A stretch of DNA of 64,000 nucleotides from Spirochaetia bacterium (GTDB lineage: Bacteria > Spirochaetota > Spirochaetia > UBA9216). The notes under the pieces were generated by a model. The model ran no database searches, was not told the DNA's origin, and saw nothing but the letters and a program-made list of their open reading frames with translations. The stretch is from contig CAXXYH010000004.1 in assembly GCA_963677925.2 (NCBI GenBank), positions 1,312,001 to 1,376,000 of the forward strand. Reading direction: 5' to 3'. This document shows, piece by piece, positions 39,449 to 47,308 of this stretch. The translations under genes were made by a program, and so were the position numbers. The first letter of the stretch is position 1. Each line of letters starts with the position of its first letter.

Positions 39449-41014
39449 TTATATCTGCAGTTCGCGTTTCATGTACTTTTCATAATACCTTATCATCTGG
39501 CATGAGAATATAATACGCTGACGCAGAATGCCGTCCTCAAGATCAAGTTCAATGAGTTTGTTGATTTTATTAACCTTATTTATGACTGTGTTCCTGTGAG
39601 CATAGGTAACCGCCGCTGTTTTTACCAGGTTCCGGTCATTCAGCAGGTAATAAAACAGGGTGTCCCGAAGGTTAGTGTTGTGATCCCTGTCGTATCTGGT
39701 CAGGTGCACAACCGCCGGATGAATCAGATAGACTATGTCGTTATGGTGATGAAGTTCGTAGAATCGGTGCGCGCACATATCTATTGCGGTATATATCCAG
39801 AACTCCTCGTAAAAGAATATCCTCTCTTTCAGGTTCTCACGAAGTTCGCAGGCCAGCGGAATTGTGTTTTTTGCCAGAATATTGAGTGAGCGCAGGTTTC
39901 CGAAATCCCTGGTTCCGTTGCTTATCCCAATAAAACCGTTGTGCCGCTCAAGAATGGTTTCAAGCCTTTTTGTATCAAGGTTTAAGTTGAATGTCCTCTG
40001 CGGATAGGTTTGAAGAATCACAACCTCATTCTCGTAAACCGTCATATTGCAGTCCGGAAATACTTCTCGCAGCTGTGCAAATATAAAACTTGAGGGCGTC
40101 TGCTTGGTGTTTTTATTCCGGAAAGTTACAACAATCACGCGGACAAAGGTTTCAATTGGAAAGGGCATCAGTCTGAGTCTCTGAATTATCTCGAAGGTCT
40201 GGGTCAGGCTCTGATCCATTATTTCCATCCAGAACTGTTTGAAGTCCTTTGTATAGGTTCCAAGCTTCAGCGAATTGGCCGGAAGGATGTGGCGGTGAAT
40301 CGCCTGTCCGGCACAGACGCATAATCCCCTGCAGTCAATCTCGATCTGTTCAATGCTGCTTTCAATCAAGATAACACTAACAAGCTGATCCTCGTGATAT
40401 ATCCGGTATCCGTAAAGGCGAATACCGCTCTCGGCTACCTTATATTCAACCGGTAAATGCTTCTCTGATCTGTTTATGAAAATAGAGTCTGCAATTTTTT
40501 TTGGGAGAGCGCCTGTCTGGTCCAGATGTTCGGTCAGAAATTTGCTTTCTTCCAGTTTGCAGCTGAGTACGATGCGGTAATTCGGATTCAGCAGAATGAT
40601 CGGGGATTCGGCAAAATCAGATGTCAGATTAAGCATTGCGTATAAGGACTGATCATCAGCTGTAGCATATTTATCAAGCCAAATCTGCCTGAGAGTGAGT
40701 ATTTTGTTGATCATAACAAAAAGATTCGTCCGCGGACAGGAAAGGTAAATAACCGAAATTTCAGGATTCTTGTTCAGGATCACATAATTTGATTTGTGTT
40801 CACATATAAAAATTACAGTACCGGGTTCAATTTCGACATTTTGAAGATTTCTTACTGTTTCTTCGCCAGCGCCTATCCAGGTCTTATCTGCACATAGGGT
40901 TTTCTGATTATCTATAAAATCAACTTCCTGCGGGCATGTTTCCGGCAGGTTCTTTTCATCGGCGTAAACGGTGCACTGCCTCAGATGCTGAAAAAGATAT
41001 GACAGATAAAGCAT
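39449..41014 (-). CDS. PucR/CdaR family transcriptional regulator
   Basis: C-terminal YDRDHNTNLRDTLFYYL..AHRNTVINKVNKI HTH; own promoter TCGACA-17-TATAAT (41060-41088). Confidence 0.88.
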   Translation of the reverse strand: MLYLSYLFQHLRQCTVYADEKNLPETCPQEVDFIDNQKTLCADKTWIGAGEETVRNLQNVEIEPGTVIFICEHKSNYVILNKNPEISVIYLSCPRTNLFVMINKILTLRQIWLDKYATADDQSLYAMLNLTSDFAESPIILLNPNYRIVLSCKLEESKFLTEHLDQTGALPKKIADSIFINRSEKHLPVEYKVAESGIRLYGYRIYHEDQLVSVILIESSIEQIEIDCRGLCVCAGQAIHRHILPANSLKLGTYTKDFKQFWMEIMDQSLTQTFEIIQRLRLMPFPIETFVRVIVVTFRNKNTKQTPSSFIFAQLREVFPDCNMTVYENEVVILQTYPQRTFNLNLDTKRLETILERHNGFIGISNGTRDFGNLRSLNILAKNTIPLACELRENLKERIFFYEEFWIYTAIDMCAHRFYELHHHNDIVYLIHPAVVHLTRYDRDHNTNLRDTLFYYLLNDRNLVKTAAVTYAHRNTVINKVNKINKLIELDLEDGILRQRIIFSCQMIRYYEKYMKRELQI

Positions 41015-41111
41015 TGTTTTTGTACTCCTGAATGTATAAAAAACGGAACTTAAGGCTTGATTATATTCTTAATCGCCGGTTTTGTCGAATTAAACCGGTT
41101 GAGCAGGCCGA

Positions 41112-41215
41112 TGTGCGAAAAGTACAAAATATTCTTTCATTAATGTGCTTATATCACAGATTATCAGACGCCTTTAAAAAATGATTTTTAAGGAAAAACT
41201 ATCACGTGTTAGCCT
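41112..41215 (+). promoter_or_regulatory. Activator-type promoter A: paired boxes plus extended -10
   Basis: TGTGC-N6-TACA (41112) and TGTGC-N6-CACA (41144), 32 bp apart; TGTTAGCCT at 41207. Confidence 0.7.
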
Positions 41216-41257
41216 GAGAATCAAAGGAAAAGAAAATTTTTATTAAAGGAGATCTAC

Positions 41258-41320
41258 ATGAATTGCCCGCCTCGTGCTGCGCTCAGACCCAAACTATTTA
41301 AAACGGAAATTTCAAAATGA
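41258..41320 (+). CDS. 20-aa leader ORF coupled to tctB
   Basis: AAGGAG SD; MNCPPRAALRPKLFKTEISK; stop overlaps tctB start (ATGA). Confidence 0.5.
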   Translation: MNCPPRAALRPKLFKTEISK

Positions 41321-41811
41321 CTGAATATATAAAAAACAAGAAAGATTTTATCCTTGGTGTTGCTACTATTGTGATTGCTGCGTTGATTACTATTCTTTCA
41401 ATGCAGCTCAGGGCTTCCGGATATGACGGTGACCCGGGTCCGAAAATGTTCCCGATGACCGGTGCCGCAATTATGCTTATCTGCGGAATTGCGCTGATTA
41501 TCAAGCCAGGCAAGGTGGCAGGTACCTTCCTTACCCGTAAACAGTGGCTCTCGGCACTTACCATGTTTGGTGTTTATGTCGGAGTTGCTGTTCTGTTTTT
41601 CCTTCTGGGATTTATGCTCTCTCTTCCGATTATTGCCTTCACTCTTACCTTTCTAATGAGCAGGCTGTCGCTGAAGGATCTGGAGCTGAAAAAGCGTATT
41701 CTGAAAAGCCTTATCTATGCGGTAATTGCCAGCGTCTGTGTATACCTTGCATATGTTGTAGGTCTTAACGCAAGGCTTCCTGAAGGTTTGATATTTAAAC
41801 TTTTCTACTGA
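41317..41811 (+). CDS. tctB: Tripartite tricarboxylate transporter TctB
   Basis: DPGPKMFP, LGFMLS, LNARLPEG; precedes tctA. Confidence 0.85.
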   Translation: MTEYIKNKKDFILGVATIVIAALITILSMQLRASGYDGDPGPKMFPMTGAAIMLICGIALIIKPGKVAGTFLTRKQWLSALTMFGVYVGVAVLFFLLGFMLSLPIIAFTLTFLMSRLSLKDLELKKRILKSLIYAVIASVCVYLAYVVGLNARLPEGLIFKLFY

Positions 41812-41823
41812 GGATAAAAAATA

Positions 41824-43344
41824 ATGGAAATAATGGATTTAATTTTTGGTGCACTGCATAATATTTTTACGCCTACAGGACTTATATACATAATAGCGGG
41901 AGCCCTGGGCGGAATCGTGCTTGGAGCTATTCCCGGCCTGGGAAGCTCAACGTTGATGGTAATTCTGTTACCTATAGCCTACCGTCTGGATACCAACCTG
42001 GTTCTGGCGCTGTTTATTTCAATTGTAATCGGAGGTATGTCCGGCGGATGTATCGGGTCAATTCTTCTGGGAATTCCTGGTACTGCCTCGTCGCTGGCAA
42101 CGGTCTGGGACGGGTACGAGTTTACCAAACAGGGAGACCCTGTCCGCCCCTTAAGCGCCGCGGTAACAGTTAACTTTCTGGGAACCTTCCCTTCAATCAT
42201 TCTTGCAATCTTTGCCTGCCGCGGTATTGCAATATGGGCTGTTAAACTTGGGCCATGGGAATATGCCGCCTTATGTTTCTGCGCTATTCTGATGGTTGTA
42301 GGACTGTCCAAAGGCAACCTCGTAAAGAGTATGATTGGTGTAGGCCTCGCAATCTTTCTGGCTTCAATCGGTGAAGACCCCATAAATGCAAGCGGACGTT
42401 TCTTGCTTTTCGGACGTCTTGAGTTCCTAAAGGGCCTGAACCTTATCAGCGTAATGCTTGGTCTTTTTGCCGCCAAGATTATTCTTCTTGAATACGCAAG
42501 GGCAAGTAAGACTGAACAGAAAATCGATATCAAGGTTGGCGGGTACAAGTGGCCCGGAAAAGACCTTTCAAAGAATAAACTTCCCGTACTGAGATCCTGG
42601 ATACTCGGTGCTGTTGTAGGATTCCTTCCGGGCCTCGGCGGTCCTGTTGCTTCTGTTATGGGCTATTCCACCGAGAGAATGCTTGCAAAGGACAAGTCCA
42701 AATGGGGCAAGGGTGAGATTGCCGGTGTTCTATGCCCGGAAATCGCCAAGAACTCCGCAATCGGCGGTGCTCTTATTCCGCTTATCGCACTGGGTATTCC
42801 CGGCGACGCGGCCAATGTTCAGTTTATTACTGCCCTGAACGTTAAGGGAATAAACGTAGGTCCCATGTTCATGCGTGAACAGCCGATGATCGTTTACATC
42901 ATTTTTATTGCCGCCCTTATTGCCGCAGTAATCTGTCTTCTGTATGAAACATTCTGTATGAAGACCTTTCCAGCCCTGCTGAAGATTCCCTATCACTACC
43001 TCTATTCAATGGTTGTAATTCTGGCTTTGACCGGAGCTTTCATGACTACAGGAAGCTTCTTCGGTCTGATGGTCGCGCTGTTCTTCTGTCTGCTGGGGAT
43101 CGTTATGGATGTCTTCGGGGTGCCGAGTCTGCCTTTTCTGATGGCATTCATACTCTCGCCCATGCTTGAGCTCAATATCAGAAGGGGTCTGAACTATTCA
43201 GTAAACGGTTTTTCAGAGTTTTTCCGCAGACCTATATCCTGCGTATTTATCATAGTCGGACTTGGTGTTCTTATATACGGTTTCGTGGGACCTGTTATCA
43301 AGAAGGCGATAGCCGAAAGAAAAGCTGCGGCAGCAGTTAAATAA
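41824..43344 (+). CDS. tctA: Tripartite tricarboxylate transporter TctA
   Basis: GAIPGLG, SILLGIPGT, TVWDGY, GFLPGLG, LGIPGD. Confidence 0.92.
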   Translation: MEIMDLIFGALHNIFTPTGLIYIIAGALGGIVLGAIPGLGSSTLMVILLPIAYRLDTNLVLALFISIVIGGMSGGCIGSILLGIPGTASSLATVWDGYEFTKQGDPVRPLSAAVTVNFLGTFPSIILAIFACRGIAIWAVKLGPWEYAALCFCAILMVVGLSKGNLVKSMIGVGLAIFLASIGEDPINASGRFLLFGRLEFLKGLNLISVMLGLFAAKIILLEYARASKTEQKIDIKVGGYKWPGKDLSKNKLPVLRSWILGAVVGFLPGLGGPVASVMGYSTERMLAKDKSKWGKGEIAGVLCPEIAKNSAIGGALIPLIALGIPGDAANVQFITALNVKGINVGPMFMREQPMIVYIIFIAALIAAVICLLYETFCMKTFPALLKIPYHYLYSMVVILALTGAFMTTGSFFGLMVALFFCLLGIVMDVFGVPSLPFLMAFILSPMLELNIRRGLNYSVNGFSEFFRRPISCVFIIVGLGVLIYGFVGPVIKKAIAERKAAAAVK

Positions 43345-43412
43345 ACTGAAATTTTATAAATCTTCGCAAATAGCAGGGCAACCTGTATTTGAATATAAAT
43401 TTGGAGGAAGAA

Positions 43413-44477
43413 ATGAAAAAGGTAATTGTATTACTCATAGCAGTTGGACTGATCTTCAGTCTCGCCGGTTGTGACAAAACAAAATCCGCAGAAGGTTCAT
43501 CAGCTAAATCTTCTGAATCAGCATCATGGCCCAATGGTGACATTACAATTCTGGCAGGTTATGCTGTCGGTTCAAGGACCGATATCAATATCCATACAGT
43601 AGCAGACTGGATTACAGACAAAACAGGTGCAACAGTTCGAATTGAGAACAACGATACAGGCGGCGGTGCCAACCTTGCCACCCAGCTTGTTCATGCTGAT
43701 CCGGACGGACAGACTCTTATGCTTATCGGTATGAACTGTATTGCAAACTACTACAGCGGTCTGTGGTCAGTTAACCCCTGCGATACAAGCCAGTTTAAGC
43801 TTGTATGCGGAGCTATTCAGCCCTATCCGGATTCAGGATGTATTCTCGTAACTCAGGCAAATCAGCCTTACAGCAACTGGGAAGAACTTGCAGCATATGC
43901 AAAAGCCAACCCCGGAAAGGTAACTGTAGCTTCTATTGCCGGAAAAGTTATGGACATCAAGATGAAGGGTCTGTTTAACGGAACCGGCGTAGCAAAGGAT
44001 ATCAGATGGGTTTCAACTACAAATGCAGATGCCTCTGCCGGCCTTTTAGGCGGAAATATAAATATAATCATTCTTGATGAATGGGCAGCCAGCGGCTACC
44101 TCAAGGATGACAAGGTTAAGGCAATCATCAACTCACGTGATAATGCTGATTATTCCTACTACAAAGACGGTGAAGAAAAGGATATCATCATGAGTGTTCC
44201 TACACTTATCGATGTTTTCGGTGAAGAAAAAGGCAAGGCTCTTGCTATTCCCAACCGCTCAATGTTCGTAGCTCCGGCAGACACTCCTGATGAAATTGTT
44301 GCTCAGATTGCAGAAGTCATTGATGCTCTAGGCGCAGAGACAGAGGGTGATTACTATGAGAGAACCCTTATTAACGGCGGAACTTCAAAGTACTACACAT
44401 GGCCGGGTAAAGAAGTTATGGATGAATGGAACAGACTTGATCCAATAATTAAAGATATTGTTGAAATGGCAAAATAA
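43413..44477 (+). CDS. tctC: TTT substrate-binding lipoprotein TctC/Bug (divergent)
   Basis: LAGC lipobox; WPNGDIT, ADPDGQTL, YAKANPGK, VPTL, APADTPDEIV. Confidence 0.85.
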   Translation: MKKVIVLLIAVGLIFSLAGCDKTKSAEGSSAKSSESASWPNGDITILAGYAVGSRTDINIHTVADWITDKTGATVRIENNDTGGGANLATQLVHADPDGQTLMLIGMNCIANYYSGLWSVNPCDTSQFKLVCGAIQPYPDSGCILVTQANQPYSNWEELAAYAKANPGKVTVASIAGKVMDIKMKGLFNGTGVAKDIRWVSTTNADASAGLLGGNINIIILDEWAASGYLKDDKVKAIINSRDNADYSYYKDGEEKDIIMSVPTLIDVFGEEKGKALAIPNRSMFVAPADTPDEIVAQIAEVIDALGAETEGDYYERTLINGGTSKYYTWPGKEVMDEWNRLDPIIKDIVEMAK

Positions 44478-44511
44478 TTCCCCGCTTTACATTTAAAAAT
44501 AAAACCAATTG

Positions 44512-44532
44512 GGGAAGCCCTATGGGCTTCCC
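44512..44532 (+). terminator. Intra-operon hairpin after tctC
   Basis: GGGAAGCCC-tat-GGGCTTCCC, no T-tail. Confidence 0.55.
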
Positions 44533-44568
44533 TGCATTAAAAGAAATAAAAGATTACCAGGAGTCTTT

Positions 44569-45948
44569 ATGAACCTTTCCCATACTCTCGCAGAATTTGT
44601 GGCAGAGACTGTATATGATGATATTGATCCGCGTGTTATAGAGACTCAGAAGAAATCGGTGATGGATGCCGTGGCAATTACACTCGGCGCTTCCGGTCTG
44701 GGGGACGGCTGCAGCCAGATGCTTAAAATTGCGAAGGACCTGTCGGCCGGAGGAAGCGGGGAAGCTGCTGTAATAGGATTCCGGGAACGTCTGCCCGCAG
44801 CCTGGGCAGCGTTTGCCAATGCTTCAATGGCGCACTCTCTGGATTTCGGAGATACTCATTTACGAAGCACAATCCATTCAAACTCATCAAGTTTTCCGGC
44901 AGCTCTGGCCATGTCAGAGAAGATTGGAAACATATCAGGCAAAAAACTTCTTGAAGCCCTGGTTCTCGGAAGCGAGGTCGCAGTCCGCATTGCCCTTGCA
45001 GCCGATGTTAATACACTTGAATACGGATTCTACATCCCCACAATCTATTCATCCTACGGAGCAACCGCGGCTGTTGCAAAGATTATGGGTTTAAGTGCCG
45101 AGCAGATTGTAAGCGCTTTTTCTTTTAATCTCTGTCAAAGCACCTGCAGCAGTGAGCTCGTCAACAATCCGAAAACTGCTCTAAGGTCCATTCGTGAATC
45201 CTTTACTGCCAGAAATGCTATTGTCGCCTGCTGTATGGCCCGGGAGGGGCTTACAGGTTTTGATGCTCCGCTGGAAGGAGAGCTTGGTTTTTATCATGCA
45301 TTTCTTCATGACAACTATACCGCAGAAAAGGCCCTTGACGGTCTGGGTACTCATTACGAAGCAGGTGATCTTACATTCAAGGTATGGCCCTGCTGTTTCG
45401 GAACTCATTCATCAATCACCGCAGCTTCAATTATTGCGAAAGAAGAGAATGTAAAGGCTGAAGACATAAAACATATTCAGGTCTCAATCGGAGCTCAGAA
45501 CAAAATGCTTTTTGAGCCGCTTGATGAAAGACGGAATCCCGAATCATCAATAATCGGGAAGTTCAGTATTCCCTTTACAATGGCTACAGCTCTAATCAAG
45601 GGGAATGTTGATTTAAACAGTTTCAGTAAGGAAAACCTTCAGGATAAGCAAGTCAGAGCTCTGGCTTCACTTATCGATTATACATATATGGAAGACTGGC
45701 AGCGGGGAAAGGAGGCCTGGACTAAGGTTATTATCGAAACCGCCGGAGGTACATTTGAACGCATGGTTACAAATCCATTCGGTACTCCCGAGAATCCGAT
45801 GGATGAAAACATGTTTGATCTGAAGTTTGATTCCTGCGCGCAAAATGCAGTTAACCCTAAGACTCAGCAGGAACTTGACCTGCTGAAATCTTCAATCAGA
45901 ACTCTCGAAGACTGTAAAAACATCTGTGAGTTTACAGAACTTCTCTAA
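44569..45948 (+). CDS. MmgE/PrpD family protein (paralog 2)
   Basis: AHSLDFGDTH..H, FKVWPCCFGTH, KFSIPF, GTPENPM; AGGAG SD. Confidence 0.92.
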   Translation: MNLSHTLAEFVAETVYDDIDPRVIETQKKSVMDAVAITLGASGLGDGCSQMLKIAKDLSAGGSGEAAVIGFRERLPAAWAAFANASMAHSLDFGDTHLRSTIHSNSSSFPAALAMSEKIGNISGKKLLEALVLGSEVAVRIALAADVNTLEYGFYIPTIYSSYGATAAVAKIMGLSAEQIVSAFSFNLCQSTCSSELVNNPKTALRSIRESFTARNAIVACCMAREGLTGFDAPLEGELGFYHAFLHDNYTAEKALDGLGTHYEAGDLTFKVWPCCFGTHSSITAASIIAKEENVKAEDIKHIQVSIGAQNKMLFEPLDERRNPESSIIGKFSIPFTMATALIKGNVDLNSFSKENLQDKQVRALASLIDYTYMEDWQRGKEAWTKVIIETAGGTFERMVTNPFGTPENPMDENMFDLKFDSCAQNAVNPKTQQELDLLKSSIRTLEDCKNICEFTELL

Positions 45949-45964
45949 TTAAGGATAAAAACAA

Positions 45965-47125
45965 ATGAATAAAGAAAACATAACCATTCTGGGGGTAGGA
46001 GATAATATTCCGGGAATGGGATACTATGATGGTCTGTACGATCATGTTGCACCCATACTTCAGGATGCTGATATTACATTCGGTCAGCTTGAAACCGTTC
46101 TCATCGATGAAAAAATTGATGACCTGTTTCCCTTTGCTGCTTCACAGGCTCGAATGCCCTGTTCTTCAGATCCGAAAGTGGCTCCGGTGCTTAAGGATGC
46201 CGGCTTTGATATAGTATCATTCGCCTCAAATCACTCGCTTGACTACGGCCGTTTTCATTTCCTTAATACAGTTGATTATCTGCGGAATGCAGGTATGGAA
46301 GTTATCGGCGCCGGTGAAAACGAAGAAGATGCCCGACGCTTTTCAGTGATTGAGCGTGACGGAACAAAGATTGCCTTTCTCGGCTACTGCACAATACTGC
46401 CGCAGGATTACTGGGCGCAGGAAGCCCGTCCCGGTGTTAACCCTGCACGGGGGCATACATACTATGAGCAGATAGAGCATGATCAGCCGGGCACACCCTG
46501 CAGAGTGCACAGCTGGGCTCACAAACAGGACAAGGCGCATCTGCTTGATGATATTGCTCAGGCTAAAAAGCAGGCTGATATAGTTGTTGTTTCAATGCAT
46601 TGGGGTATTCATTTTACACAGGCCGAGATTGCCGAGTATCAGAGAGAGTATGCATATGAAGCAATTGATGCCGGTGCGGATCTAATCCTGGGGCACCATG
46701 CTCATATCCTCAAGCCTATCGAGGTATACAAGGGCAAGGTGATCTTCTATTCGCTTGGAAATTTTGCAATGACTGACCCTGATAAAATGGAGCGTGATAA
46801 AAAAACTCTTCGTCAGGATATGCGTACGTCAAAAAAACATCAGGAGATGGCCAGGATACGCAAGGGCTTCGGCACCGGCAACGCGGCCAAAACCTTCCCT
46901 GAAGATTGCTACTATTCAATGATAGCCAAGATTTCAGTTAAAGACAGAAAGATAGATCGCGTCTCCTATATTCCGGTCTACATTCCTGATGATTTCAAGC
47001 CCTACGCGGTGAAGAATGATGATCCGCTATTTAATACTATATTTGATTACATGAAGAATATTGATCAGATGATGAATATAGAAACTGCGTACAGCATAGA
47101 AGGGGATGAGGTTATTATTGATTAG
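45965..47125 (+). CDS. CapA-family metallophosphoesterase-fold protein, cytoplasmic
   Basis: GVGD, QLE, SNHSLDYG, SMHWG, GHHAH, YSLGNF; no signal or TM. Confidence 0.9.
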   Translation: MNKENITILGVGDNIPGMGYYDGLYDHVAPILQDADITFGQLETVLIDEKIDDLFPFAASQARMPCSSDPKVAPVLKDAGFDIVSFASNHSLDYGRFHFLNTVDYLRNAGMEVIGAGENEEDARRFSVIERDGTKIAFLGYCTILPQDYWAQEARPGVNPARGHTYYEQIEHDQPGTPCRVHSWAHKQDKAHLLDDIAQAKKQADIVVVSMHWGIHFTQAEIAEYQREYAYEAIDAGADLILGHHAHILKPIEVYKGKVIFYSLGNFAMTDPDKMERDKKTLRQDMRTSKKHQEMARIRKGFGTGNAAKTFPEDCYYSMIAKISVKDRKIDRVSYIPVYIPDDFKPYAVKNDDPLFNTIFDYMKNIDQMMNIETAYSIEGDEVIID

Positions 47126-47141
47126 GACATAAGCTTTTGCA

Positions 47142-47244
47142 TATGCAAATAGCACATTACCCGGAAGACTGTTTGTACGCATGTCACAGACTTTAATTTT
47201 CCGGGGATGATTTGTTTTTATTTAAAAAATAAACATGTTAGGCT
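47142..47244 (+). promoter_or_regulatory. Activator-type promoter B: same architecture as promoter A
   Basis: TATGC-N6-CACA (47142) and TGTAC-N6-CACA (47174), 32 bp apart; TGTTAGGCT at 47236. Confidence 0.7.
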
Positions 47245-47308
47245 TAGCCAACTGATTTATTACATAGAAAATTTAAATCGCAATTAATGCATAAATAAGG
47301 GGTTTACT

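Noticed and set aside
45965-47125. Poly-gamma-glutamate capsule locus
   Set aside because: No pgsB/pgsC and no membrane anchor
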